DNA from: Alkalilimnicola ehrlichii MLHE-1
GTDB lineage: Bacteria; Pseudomonadota; Gammaproteobacteria; Nitrococcales; Halorhodospiraceae
Length of the DNA stretch: 32,000 nt
Direction of reading: 5' to 3'
Assembly (NCBI RefSeq): GCF_000014785.1
Contig: NC_008340.1
Coordinates: forward strand, 1,260,001 to 1,292,000
Shown: in pieces, positions 17,466 to 26,805 of the stretch
Layout: every line of letters begins with the position of its first letter
Position numbering within the stretch: the stretch's first letter is position 1
Program-made: the position numbers and the translations under genes
Notes under the pieces: generated by a model
What the model saw: the letters and a program-made list of their open reading frames with translations, nothing else
Told to the model about the DNA's origin: nothing
Database searches by the model: none

Positions 17466-18278
17466 TTAGTGGCGCTCCCCGTCCAGGGGAAGACCCAGTT
17501 GGGAGCGGTTACGGCCGCGACGGGCGCGGTGGGGGTGCAGGGGGGTCACGGTGGCCGGGGGGCGGCGGCGCGGTGCCGTATTGGCGGCCGGCCGGTGCGT
17601 CCGGGTGGGCTGTCGGGGAGTGGCGTTGAGCGGGGCTTCCCCGTCCCGTGCCGGCAGCGGCACGGGGTGGTCCAGCGCCAGGGTGAGCTGCTGGCGGCCA
17701 CCGCCGCGGCATTTGAAGATATCCAGCCGGTTACCGCCGGCATCCTGGCTGAGGGTGAGTCGCAGGGCGGCGGGGGAGGGCTGGGCGGCCTGTTGCAGAT
17801 CGCGGAAGAGGACGCCCCAGGCATCCCCGGATTCGGCGGCCAGTTGCAGCCGGCGCAGGGCGGCGGTGTCCAGTGGCCCCGGCCAGGCCAGCACGGCGCT
17901 GCAGGTGCCGGAGCGCAGGGCCTGCTCCACCGCCCACAGCCCCTCCTGGTCGGTGCGGGGGTGGACCAGCAGCAGGTGGCGGAGGTCCACCCCCGCAGCG
18001 GCCAGCGCGGGGGCATAGGGCAGGTTGGGTGGGGCGATGAGGACCACCCAGCGCCCGGCACGGCTCAGTCGGGCCAGTGCCGGCAGAACCAGACGCAGTT
18101 CACCCACGCCGGTCCGGTCATGGAGGATCTCGGTGAGTGCCCCGGCAGGCCAGCCGCCACCGGGCAACACGGCCTCCAGGGCCGGAAAGCCGGTGGCAAG
18201 CCCCCGGGAGGCGTCCGGGTCGCCGGTGGCACGCCAGATATGGGGGTGTTTCAGCAGATTGTCCAGTGCCTCGGTCAT
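17466..18278 (-). CDS. imuA: ImuA, RecA/SulA-like translesion-synthesis accessory protein
   Basis: MTEALDNLLKHPHIWRATG...TGFPALEAVLPGGGWPAGALTEILHDRTGVGELRLVLPALARL...LWAVEQALRSGTCSAVLAWP...LRRLQLAAE matches the ImuA family pattern. ATG 18278 has GAGGAG 6 nt upstream. The longer track ORF (to 18599) overlaps lexA out of frame and is rejected. Confidence 0.85.
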   Translation of the reverse strand: MTEALDNLLKHPHIWRATGDPDASRGLATGFPALEAVLPGGGWPAGALTEILHDRTGVGELRLVLPALARLSRAGRWVVLIAPPNLPYAPALAAAGVDLRHLLLVHPRTDQEGLWAVEQALRSGTCSAVLAWPGPLDTAALRRLQLAAESGDAWGVLFRDLQQAAQPSPAALRLTLSQDAGGNRLDIFKCRGGGRQQLTLALDHPVPLPARDGEAPLNATPRQPTRTHRPAANTAPRRRPPATVTPLHPHRARRGRNRSQLGLPLDGERH

Positions 18279-18354
18279 GTTGGGCTCCTCGCGCTTGCGA
18301 TGGTGGCCGTCCCTGGCCAAAGGCGGTCTCGGCTCCATGGACACCGGCTGTGGT

Positions 18355-18981
18355 TCAGTCCAGCCCCTCGTTGCGGATGACGCCCACGGCGATACCCTCC
18401 AGGCTGGCGTCATCGCGGGTGAGGTCCACCTCGATGGTGGGGTAGTCGGGGTTCTCGGCGAGCAGCCGCAGCCGGCTGCCGTGCTGCTCCAGGCGCTTGA
18501 CGGTGACCTCGTCGTGCAGCCGCATGACCACGATCTGGCCGTTGCGGGCCTCGTGGGTGCGGTGGACCACCAGCAGGTCCCCGTCGAGGATGCCGGCATC
18601 GCGCATGCTCATGCCGCGTACCCGCAGCAGGTAGTCGGGCCGGGGTGAGAACAGATGGGTGTCCACCCGGTAATGCCGGTCGATGTGGGCCTCGGCCAGG
18701 ATGGGGCTGCCGGCGGCCACCCGGCCGACCACGGGCAGGCCGTCACTGTCGTTGGCCGCCGCCTCCTCTGGCAGGTGGATGCCGCGCGAGGTGCCCGGGC
18801 GCAGTTCGATGGCCCCCTTGCGGGCCAGGGCCCGGAGGTGGGCCTCGGCGGCATTGGGCGAGCGGAAGCCCAGGGCGCGGCAGATCTCGGCCCGGGTGGG
18901 CGGATAGCCGGTGCGCCGGATGTGCCCGCGGATCTGGTCGAGCACCTGCTGCTGTCGGGGTGTGAGCGTGTCGTTTGTCAT
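18355..18981 (-). CDS. lexA: LexA repressor (208 aa)
   Basis: [60 protein letters not shown] aligns with E. coli LexA. The cleavage-site Ala-Gly (VAAGSP), catalytic Ser (GMSMRD) and Lys (VTVKRL) are all present. Confidence 0.95.
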
Positions 18982-18986
18982 GATGA

Positions 18987-19002
18987 CTGTAAATTTATAC
19001 AG
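18987..19002. promoter_or_regulatory. LexA (SOS) box, CTGT-N8-ACAG
   Basis: CTGTAAATTTATACAG is a perfect match to the gammaproteobacterial SOS-box termini with an AT-rich spacer. It lies 5 nt upstream of the lexA ATG. On the coding strand it reads CTGTATAAATTTACAG and contains a TATAAA -10-like hexamer. Confidence 0.85.
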
Positions 19003-19185
19003 TCTTCGCGGCTTGTGCAAGCCTGGGGCGTGGTTGGACCTGCAGACAGTGATGGCCTGGCCCGGCATGCGGCGCTGCCACATGTGCTTGCGCGATGCAT
19101 GGCGGATAATGGGGTGAACCAAGGGGTGAAAGCGGAGACGGTACAGGTACAATTCACGCCTTATGGACGGCGGATGACGGTGTAA

Positions 19186-21393
19186 ATGGTACATACCGGA
19201 CTGACACAATTACCCGACGAGGCCCAGCTGGATTACGACAGCTGGGTAGCGCAGCTGCCTGCCCGGCTGGACGAGGACGACCGCCGGGTGCTGGCCGAGG
19301 CCTGGCGTCTCGCCGAGGCCGGGTGCAAGTCGGCGCAGCGTCCCACCGGTGACAGCTATTTCGAGCACGGGGTGGCGGTGGCCACCATCCTCTCCGGGTT
19401 GAGGCTGGACGCCGCCACCCTGGCCGCCGGCCTGCTGCACGACCTGCCCACCCTGGATGACACCGCCTTGGGCCGTATCCGCAAGCAGCTCGGCGATGAC
19501 GTGGCCCACCTGGTGGCGGGGGCTTCGCGCATGCAGGACATCTCCCGTTTCCACGACCCGGGCCAGTTGTCCGGTGAATCGGAACGTGCCGAGGGGCTGC
19601 GCAAGATGCTGCTGGCCATGGCCTCGGACGTGCGGGTGGTGTTCATTACCCTGGCCGAGCGGCTGCACGACCTGCGCAGCATCCGCGACCTGCCCGAGAC
19701 GCTGCAGCAGCGCATCGCCCAGGAGACCCGGGACATCTACGCCCCTCTGGCCAATCGCCTGGGCATCTGGCAGCTCAAGTGGGAGTTGGAGGACCTGGCC
19801 TTCCGTTACCTGCAGCCCGATGTCTACAAGCAGGTGGCCAAGCTGCTGGCGGAGCGCCGGCTGGACCGCGAGGCCTACATCGAGCGGGTCCGCAGGGAAC
19901 TGCAGGAGGCCCTGAGGCAGGCCGGAATCGACGCTGAGGTGGTGGGCCGGCCCAAGCATATCTACAGCATCTGGCGGAAGATGCAGCGCAAGGGCCTGCG
20001 CTTCGAGGAGCTCTACGACCTGCGCGCCCTACGGGTGCTGGTGGAGGACGTGGGCACCTGTTACGCGGTGCTGGGGGTGGTGCACAGCCTCTGGAAGCAC
20101 ATCCCCAAGGAGTTCGATGACTACATCGCCACGCCCAAGGAGAACAATTACCGCTCCCTGCATACCGCGGTGGTCGGCCCCGAGGGCAAGACCCTGGAGG
20201 TGCAGATCCGCACCTACGCCATGCACCAGGAGGCGGAACTGGGCATCGCCGCCCATTGGCGCTACAAGGAGGGCGGCCGCCAGGACCGCGATTTTGAACA
20301 GAAGATCGCCTGGCTGCGCCAGATCCTGGAGTGGGGGCAGGAGGAGAACGGCGCCGAGGACTTCATCGATCGTTTCAAGGCCGAGGTGTTCGAGGACCGG
20401 GTCTACGTCATCACGCCCCAGGGTGACGTGGTGGACCTGCCCCGGGGGGCCACCCCGCTCGATTTTGCCTATCACATCCACTCCGATGTCGGGCATCACT
20501 GCCGCGGGGCCAAGGTCAACGGCCGTATGGTCCCGCTGACCCATACCCTCAAGAGCGGCAGTCAGGTGGAGATCATCACCTCACGCTCAGCCACCCCCAG
20601 CCGCGACTGGCTCAACCCGTCGCTGGGCTACCTGCGCACCTCCCGGGCGCGGGCCAAGGCCAGGGCCTGGTTCCGCCAGCAGGATCACGACAAGAACGTC
20701 CAGGCCGGACGTAACATCCTCGACCGGGAGCTCCACCGGCTGGGGCTGCAGGACGTGCCCTTGGACGAGCTGGCGCAGAAGACCCGCTTCCGCCGGCTGG
20801 AGGAGTTCCTGGCGGCACTGGGGCGCGGTGATATCACGGCCGGTCAGATCGCCAGCATCGTCGGCGAGCGGGTATTGCCCCGGCCCGAGGGCGAGGAACC
20901 GTTGCAGGTCAGCCGCAAGCGCAGCACCGTCTCCAGCACGGGCGGTGACGAGGTGACCATCTACGGGGTGGACAACCTGCTGACCCGGCTGGCCCGCTGC
21001 TGCACGCCCGCGCCCGGTGACCCCATCATCGGCTTCCTAACCCGGGGCCGCGGCGTGACCATTCACCGCCGGGACTGCCCCGAGGTGGGCCGTGCTCGCT
21101 CCGATGCGCCGGAACGGCTGATCGATGTCACCTGGACCGATCCGGGGGGCAAGCGTTACCCGGTGAATATCATCATCCACACGCCGGATCTCCAGAGGGC
21201 CCTGCGCGACGTCTCCAAGGTGCTGACCAATGAGCAGATCCGACTGCTGGGGATCAACACCCAGTCGGATTCCCGCGGTGAGCACGCCTCGCTGGATCTG
21301 TCACTGGAGGTGGCGGACGTCAACCAGATGAGCCGCCTGATGAACCGCATCGGCAGTCTGCCCCACGTGCAGGACGTGCACCGCAAGGGCTGA
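19186..21393 (+). CDS. relA: GTP pyrophosphokinase, (p)ppGpp synthetase I
   Basis: There is extended similarity to E. coli RelA as I recall it (…[26 protein letters not shown]…, …[33 protein letters not shown]…, …[10 protein letters not shown]…). A TGS region ([31 protein letters not shown]) and an ACT-like C-terminus are present. An in-frame TAA immediately precedes ATG 19186. Confidence 0.9.
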
Positions 21394-21397
21394 TACG

Positions 21398-21423
21398 CCG
21401 GCCCCCGGAGCCCCGGAGGCCGG
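21398..21423. terminator. GC-rich hairpin between convergent relA and the chemoreceptor gene (possible bidirectional terminator)
   Basis: CCGGCC-C-CCGG (21398-21408), loop AGCC, CCGG-A-GGCCGG (21413-21423): 10 bp with one mismatch. There is no T-run on either side. Confidence 0.3.
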
Positions 21424-21436
21424 GCTGGTTCCGGAC

Positions 21437-23350
21437 TCAGGTCCTGAAGCGCCCCACCAGTTGCTGTAGCTGGCTGGCGAGTTGGGCGAGCTGATCGCTG
21501 GCAGTGGCGCTCTCCTGCACGGAGCGCCCGGTATCCTCGGCCACATCCTTGATGTGGGTGATATTCCGGTTGATGTCCTCGCTGACGGCCGATTGCTCCT
21601 CCACCGCGCTGGCGATCTGGGTGGCCATGTCGTTGATCTGACTGACCGAGGCGGCCACCTCTTCGAGGGTGGAGCCGGTGCGTGCCGAGGCCTGGACACC
21701 CTCGCGGGCCTGCTGGCGGCTCTCCTCCATGACCGAGACGGCCTGGCTGGTGCCCGACTGCAGCCGTTCGATCATCTCTTCGATCTCGCCCACCGATTGC
21801 TGGGTACGGGCGGCGAGGCTGCGCACCTCGTCCGCCACCACCGAGAAGCCGCGGCCGTGTTCGCCGGCGCGCGCCGCCTCGATGGAGGCGTTGAGGGCGA
21901 GCAGGTTGGTCTGATCGGAGATCTCCCGGATGACGTCCAGCACCGAGCCAATGTGCTCGCCTTCCTCGGCCAGCTTCTCGATCACCTGCGCCGCGGCCTG
22001 GACCTCCTCGGCGAGCTGATCGATGGCCTCCATGGAGCCGTGTACCACCTGGCGACCGTCCTCCGCCTTACTGGCGGTCCCATGGGCCAGATCGGCGGCC
22101 TCCTGGGTGGTGCGGGCAATCTCGGCCACGGTGGAGGTCATCTCGTTCATGGCGGTGGCCACCTGGGTGGTGTCGTCCTGCTGGCGCTGCGTGCCGTCCT
22201 GGGTCTGCCGGGCAATGGTGGCCATCTGCTCGGAGGCGGCGGCGATCTGGGTGGTCGCCTCGGCGGTCTCACGCACGAGCTTGCGGATCTTGTCCACGAA
22301 GCGGTTGAAGGCGGTGGCCAGCTCGGCCATCTCGTCACGGCCGGAGTCGTCCAGATGCCGGGTGAGGTCGCCATCACCCTGGGCGATGTCGTTCAGGTGG
22401 CCGACAGTGGCGCGGATGGGACGGACGATGCCGCGGGCGAGCCAGAAGGCCACCGCCAGCCCGACCAGAATGCCGATCAGGGCTATCCCACCGGCCTGGA
22501 GGGCGGTGTTGCGCAGGGTGGCGGCGTAGAAGCTGCGGTCCATGCCGATCTCCACAACCGCGATGCGGTCGCCGGAGAAGTCGTGGATCGGCCGTGCCTC
22601 CGTGGCGTAAGGCACCCCGTTGCGTTCCGTGTCGCCACGCGCCTCGTCGCCGGTCCAGGCCCGGTGGAGCATGCCCTGGCTGACCAGCGACTGACCGCGC
22701 AGGGTGCTGGCCAAGACCTGGAAGCCATCCTCCTGACGGGTATAGATGGAGAGCTCCACCCCGAATTCCTCGGCGAAGCGGTCCACGAACTGCTGTCCCA
22801 GGTCGATGCCAAACTCCACGGCACCGACGTGGTTCCCGTCCAGATCGGCGACCGGGCTCACCCCGCGGATTCCGATCCCCAGCACGCCCCCCTCCAGGCC
22901 GCGCACCGTGGTGGCCGCCTCGTTGGCAGTGACAATGGTCTTGCGGACCTCCGACAGGTCGTCGCCGTACCGGTCGGGCCGGTGAAAGCGGAAAAAGGAG
23001 GTGGCCGGCGGCTCATGAAACTGGAACTGGAACAGCCCGTACGCCTCGGCGTTGGCGTCGTACATGGGCTGGAGCATGTTCACCAGGTAGTCGCGGTCGC
23101 GCCGCGCGAAGGCCGCACGGACCTGTGGGATGTGCGCCATCAGCGAGGCATAGCTCTCGGCCATCCGGGCATCGTCGGCGATCTCCGTCTCCAGCGCCCG
23201 GTAGACATGGTCCAGCTCCCGCTGTTCGGCCTGCTCCACCAGTGCTCCGGTGCGCCAGATGAACAGCGCTGAGAAGAGCGCCACGCCCACCACGGTCAGC
23301 GTGGCCACTGAGAGCGTCAGACGGCTGCTGATCTTGAGATTATTGAGCAC
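21437..23350 (-). CDS. methyl-accepting chemotaxis protein with periplasmic Cache-type sensor and HAMP domain
   Basis: GTG start with AGGGGG upstream. TM1 is followed by a sensor with [31 protein letters not shown]...[17 protein letters not shown] (Cache_3-Cache_2-like pattern), then TM2 and HAMP. The highly conserved signalling hairpin [35 protein letters not shown] is present. Confidence 0.9.
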   Translation of the reverse strand: MLNNLKISSRLTLSVATLTVVGVALFSALFIWRTGALVEQAEQRELDHVYRALETEIADDARMAESYASLMAHIPQVRAAFARRDRDYLVNMLQPMYDANAEAYGLFQFQFHEPPATSFFRFHRPDRYGDDLSEVRKTIVTANEAATTVRGLEGGVLGIGIRGVSPVADLDGNHVGAVEFGIDLGQQFVDRFAEEFGVELSIYTRQEDGFQVLASTLRGQSLVSQGMLHRAWTGDEARGDTERNGVPYATEARPIHDFSGDRIAVVEIGMDRSFYAATLRNTALQAGGIALIGILVGLAVAFWLARGIVRPIRATVGHLNDIAQGDGDLTRHLDDSGRDEMAELATAFNRFVDKIRKLVRETAEATTQIAAASEQMATIARQTQDGTQRQQDDTTQVATAMNEMTSTVAEIARTTQEAADLAHGTASKAEDGRQVVHGSMEAIDQLAEEVQAAAQVIEKLAEEGEHIGSVLDVIREISDQTNLLALNASIEAARAGEHGRGFSVVADEVRSLAARTQQSVGEIEEMIERLQSGTSQAVSVMEESRQQAREGVQASARTGSTLEEVAASVSQINDMATQIASAVEEQSAVSEDINRNITHIKDVAEDTGRSVQESATASDQLAQLASQLQQLVGRFRT

Positions 23351-23553
23351 GGAACCCCCTTTGCTTCCCGCGTGTCCATGCGGCGTGCCCGACCTCTGGG
23401 CTGCGTACTGCCGCTCGGTAGAGTGTGTTGGCTATCCCCTGTATCGGACGGGGGGGCGGGAAGTTGAGTCGTCGTCAAAAACCATTCGTAGAATAGTTAT
23501 ATTGCCGACGTCACCCGGTTTTGACAAACTGGCTCCCCTACCAAGGAACTAAT

Positions 23554-25695
23554 ATGTTGTCACTATCATGCGGGACATCTCCGCACTGCATGCCGGGGGG
23601 GGCGATGCGGGAACAGTTGCTGGAGAGCCTGGCCGAGGGGGTCTTCAGCGTGGATGCCGAAGGCAACTTCACCTTTCTCAACCGGGCCGCCTGCCGGCTG
23701 CTCGGCTTGGCCGACGAGCAGGTGGCATTGCGCGCCAATCACCAGGAGTGGGCCCTGCACAGCGGGCCCGACAGTCAGCCGTTGCCGCCCCGCTCCTCGC
23801 CCATCGATCAGGTGCTGCGCACGGGGTGCGTCCTGAAGGGCTGCGAGTTGCGGTTCCGGCATAGTGACGGCCATCCCGTGCCGGTCCTGGTCAACGCTGC
23901 GCCCCTGTATGGCGAGGAGGGGCGTATCGCCGGGGCGGTGGTCTCGTTTCAGGATGTCCGCGAGCGTCAGGTGGCCCGGGAGGCCTTGGAACGCAGGGAG
24001 GCGGAGCTGGCGGAGGCGCAACAGATCGCGCACTTGGGAAGCTGGGTCTCGGACTTCGTGCGCAACGAGATCCGTTGGTCGGATGAGGTCTACCGGATCT
24101 TCGGCCTGACCCCGGGGGAATGGGGCGGAACCGAGGCCGCCTTTATGGAGGCGGTGCATCCGGAGGACCGGGCCCGGGTGCGCCAGGCCATCGATGAGTC
24201 GATGCGGCCGAACGGCCCGCCCTATGACATCGAGCACCGTATCCAGCGGCCCGACGGCAGTGTCCGAATCGTGCATCAGAAAGGCACCGTGGCCTTCGAC
24301 GCCGACGGTCGCCCGCTGCGCATGGCCGGGGTGGTGCACGACATTACGGAGATGCGCGAGGCGGAGCGCCGGCTGCAGTACCTTTCCCATCACGACGTGC
24401 TCACCGAGCTGCCCAATCGCACCCTGTTCCAGATCCGCCTGCGTCAGGCGATCAGCGAGGCGCAGGCGGAGAAGGGGTGTTTTGCTCTGGTGCACATCGG
24501 CCTGGATCGGTTCCGGAGCGTTAACGAGGGAGTGGGCCACCATGCCGGCGATCAGGTCCTGCAGCAGGTGGCGCGCCGGTTGGAGGCGTGTCTGCGCCCC
24601 GGCGAGACCCTGGCCCGACTCGGGGGGGATGAGTTCGCCGTCCTGCTGGCCGGCGCCGGTGATGATGCCGAGGTGGCGGCCGGCGTGGACCGGCTGCTGG
24701 CGCCGCTGCAGGAACTCTTCCGGGTCGGTGAGGACGAGTTCTACGTGCCCGGCTCCGCGGGTGTCGCACTCTACCCTCATGACTGCAGCAGTCCCGGAGA
24801 GCTGATGCAGCGGGCCGAGGCCGCCATGCATCGGGCCAAGCAGGAGGAAAGCACTCGCTTGGCGTACTACTCCGCGGAGATGAACCAGCGGGCACGGGCC
24901 CGGGTGGCCCTGGAGAGCCGTCTGCGCCGGGCAGTGGACCGCATGGAGGGATTCTATCTCGATTACCAGCCCCGGGTGGAGACGGCCACCGGACGTATCA
25001 TTGGCTTGGAGGCCCTGTTGCGTTGGCGGGAGGGGGAGGGGCCGGTCCATTCACCGGCGACCTTCGTCCCGGTATTGGAGCAGACCGGCCTGATCATGGA
25101 ATTGGGCGAGTGGATCGTCGGCGAGGCCTGCCGTCAGGCCCGGGCCTGGCGACAGGCGGGCCTGCCGCCTGTGCAACTGGCGGTCAACCTGGCGGCGCCC
25201 CAGTTCCGGGACCCGGCGATGCCGGGGATTATCGAGGGCGCTCTCGGGGAGGCGGGGCTGCCCCCGGGCAACCTGGAGCTGGAGGTGACCGAGAGCATGC
25301 TGATGCGGGAGGTCACCTCGGTCATCGATACCCTCGGGCAGTTCCGCGATATGGGGGTGCGGGTTGCGATGGACGACTTCGGCACCGGCTACTCCTCGCT
25401 TGCCTACCTGCGCCGCTTCCCGATTGACGTGCTCAAGATCGACCGTTCCTTTGTCAACGACCTGTACGCCGACGAGAGTGGGGCGGCCATCATCCGCACC
25501 ATCCTGAGCCTGGCGGACAACCTGGGCATGGAATCGGTGGCGGAGGGGGTGGAACGGCCGGAACAGCACGCCTTCCTGTGCCGTGAGGGGTGCCACGCTG
25601 TTCAGGGGTATCTCTTCTCCCGGCCGGCCTCTCCTGAGGTCTGTGCCCGCATGCTCCGCCGGGGGCGTCTTTCGTTCGAAGGCGGGGGCGGATGA
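23554..25695 (+). CDS. PAS-PAS-GGDEF-EAL c-di-GMP turnover protein (both catalytic motifs intact)
   Basis: There are two PAS-like modules (…LLESLAEGVFSVDAEGNFTFLNRA…; …HLGSWVSDFVRNEIRWSDEVYRIFGL…HPEDR…). The GGDEF domain has an intact LGGDEFAV motif. The EAL domain has EALLRW, ELEVTES, DDFGTGYSSL, KIDRSF and QGYLFSRP. ATG 23554 is preceded by AAGGA 6 nt upstream; alternative starts are at 23521 and 23605. Confidence 0.85.
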   Translation: MLSLSCGTSPHCMPGGAMREQLLESLAEGVFSVDAEGNFTFLNRAACRLLGLADEQVALRANHQEWALHSGPDSQPLPPRSSPIDQVLRTGCVLKGCELRFRHSDGHPVPVLVNAAPLYGEEGRIAGAVVSFQDVRERQVAREALERREAELAEAQQIAHLGSWVSDFVRNEIRWSDEVYRIFGLTPGEWGGTEAAFMEAVHPEDRARVRQAIDESMRPNGPPYDIEHRIQRPDGSVRIVHQKGTVAFDADGRPLRMAGVVHDITEMREAERRLQYLSHHDVLTELPNRTLFQIRLRQAISEAQAEKGCFALVHIGLDRFRSVNEGVGHHAGDQVLQQVARRLEACLRPGETLARLGGDEFAVLLAGAGDDAEVAAGVDRLLAPLQELFRVGEDEFYVPGSAGVALYPHDCSSPGELMQRAEAAMHRAKQEESTRLAYYSAEMNQRARARVALESRLRRAVDRMEGFYLDYQPRVETATGRIIGLEALLRWREGEGPVHSPATFVPVLEQTGLIMELGEWIVGEACRQARAWRQAGLPPVQLAVNLAAPQFRDPAMPGIIEGALGEAGLPPGNLELEVTESMLMREVTSVIDTLGQFRDMGVRVAMDDFGTGYSSLAYLRRFPIDVLKIDRSFVNDLYADESGAAIIRTILSLADNLGMESVAEGVERPEQHAFLCREGCHAVQGYLFSRPASPEVCARMLRRGRLSFEGGGG

Positions 25696-25717
25696 GGCCG
25701 GTCCCTGCCTTGGCGGG

Positions 25718-26803
25718 TTACTCCTCCTCGCGACGGAAGGCGACCAGGTGCTGGGCATCGATGCGGATGCCCACGTCGGTGCCTTCGGGGTACACGTCGT
25801 GACTGGGGGCCAGCGCTAGCACCTGCCGCCCGCTTTCCAGGCGCAGGGTGTAGATGGTCTCTGCGCCCTTGAAGGCCCTGTTGGCCACCCGCGCCCTCAG
25901 GTGTGATTCCGGCATGAGGCGCACATCGTCCGGCCGCAGCAGGATGTCGACGGCCGTGTCGTTGGGCCAGGGATAGGCGCGGTTGCCGAGCAGCGTGCCC
26001 ACCTCGGTCTGCAGCCGGTTGTGGTCACGCAGGGTGGCTGGGATGAGCACGCCTTGGCCGATGAACTCGGCCACGAAGCGGGAGGCCGGTTCGTGGTAGA
26101 GGTTGTAGGGGGTGTCCCACTGCTCGATGCGCCCGTCCTTGAGCAGGCCGATCACATCGGCCACGGCGAAGGCCTCGTGCTGATCGTGAGTGACCAGGAT
26201 GGCGGTGACCCCCTGGTCGCGGAAGATGTCGTGCACCTCCCGGGCCAGGCGCTCGCGCAGGTCCACATCGAGGTTGGAGAAGGGTTCATCGAGCAGCACC
26301 AGGCGGGGGCGGGGGGCCACCGCACGGATCAGCGAGACCCGCTGCTGTTGTCCGCCGGAGAGTTCATGCGGGTAGCGGGTGCCCATGCCGCGCATATCCA
26401 CCAGCTCCAACAGCTCATCCGCCCGGGCCCGGCGCTCCGCCCGGGTGTGGTCGCGCAGCCCGAAGGTGATGTTCTCGTAGATGTTCAGGTGGGGGAACAG
26501 GGCGTAGTCCTGGAACACCATCCCCAGCCGGCGATTCTCCGGGGGCTGGGTGTAGCCCGGGCGGGAGATGACCTCGCCGGCCAAGCGGATCTCGCCGGCA
26601 CGCACCGGCTCGAAGCCGGCGATGGCCCGCAGGGCGGTGGTCTTGCCGCAGCCGCTGGGTCCGAGCAGGCACGCCACCTGGCCGCGCCGCAGCCGGAAGC
26701 TCAACCCGCGGATGACCGGCTCGTCGTCGTAGCGGCACTCGATGTCGTCCAGCTCAAGGAGGATGTCCTCGTCCTGTCCGTGCACCCTCTCGCCGCTCAC
26801 CAC
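25718..26803 (-). CDS. importer-type ABC ATPase with C-terminal TOBE-like domain (PotA/FbpC/CysA-like), no cognate permease nearby
   Basis: Walker A GPSGCGKTT, Q-loop MVFQDYALFPH, signature LSGGQQQR, Walker B VLLDEPFSNLD, H-loop VTHDQ. The C-terminal ~110 aa beta-rich region (…LRARVANRAFKGAETIYTLRLESGRQVLAL…) resembles TOBE. The preferred start is GTG 26803, with AGGAG 5 nt upstream inside the argF end. The track start GTG 26809 would give a GTGA overlap with the argF stop. Confidence 0.85.
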   Translation of the reverse strand: MVSGERVHGQDEDILLELDDIECRYDDEPVIRGLSFRLRRGQVACLLGPSGCGKTTALRAIAGFEPVRAGEIRLAGEVISRPGYTQPPENRRLGMVFQDYALFPHLNIYENITFGLRDHTRAERRARADELLELVDMRGMGTRYPHELSGGQQQRVSLIRAVAPRPRLVLLDEPFSNLDVDLRERLAREVHDIFRDQGVTAILVTHDQHEAFAVADVIGLLKDGRIEQWDTPYNLYHEPASRFVAEFIGQGVLIPATLRDHNRLQTEVGTLLGNRAYPWPNDTAVDILLRPDDVRLMPESHLRARVANRAFKGAETIYTLRLESGRQVLALAPSHDVYPEGTDVGIRIDAQHLVAFRREEE

Positions 26804-26805
26804 GC

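Noticed and set aside
18348-18363. SOS-box-like CTGTGGTTCAGTCCAG between lexA and imuA
   Set aside because: The right half is CCAG, not ACAG, the spacer is GC-rich, and the site overlaps the lexA stop codon. It is too degenerate to call. imuA/imuB are more simply explained as co-transcribed from the lexA promoter.
18279-18599. Upstream extension of the imuA ORF (377-aa version) overlapping lexA
   Set aside because: The extension is out of frame with, and overlaps, the well-supported lexA C-terminus, and its sequence is Thr/Pro/Ser/Trp-rich. The ImuA homology begins at MTEALDNLL, whose ATG 18278 has a GAGGAG RBS.
19163-19185. Mini-ORFs (ATG GAC GGC GGA TGA; ATG ACG GTG TAA) just upstream of relA as regulatory leader peptides
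   Set aside because: They are three to four codons long with no RBS and no attached attenuator structure. I note them under the lexA/relA finding, but there is no evidence they are translated.
18982-19209. Upstream extension of the lexA ORF (284-aa version)
   Set aside because: The extra 76 residues have no LexA homology and would run through the SOS box and promoter. Alignment with E. coli LexA fixes the start at [11 protein letters not shown] (ATG 18981).
21482-23272. 596-aa ORF antisense to the chemoreceptor gene, plus the similar 494-aa ORF 23566..25050 antisense to the PAS-GGDEF-EAL gene
   Set aside because: The opposite strands carry unmistakable MCP and GGDEF/EAL signatures. These frames are Gly/Leu/His/Asp/Val low-complexity mirror translations.
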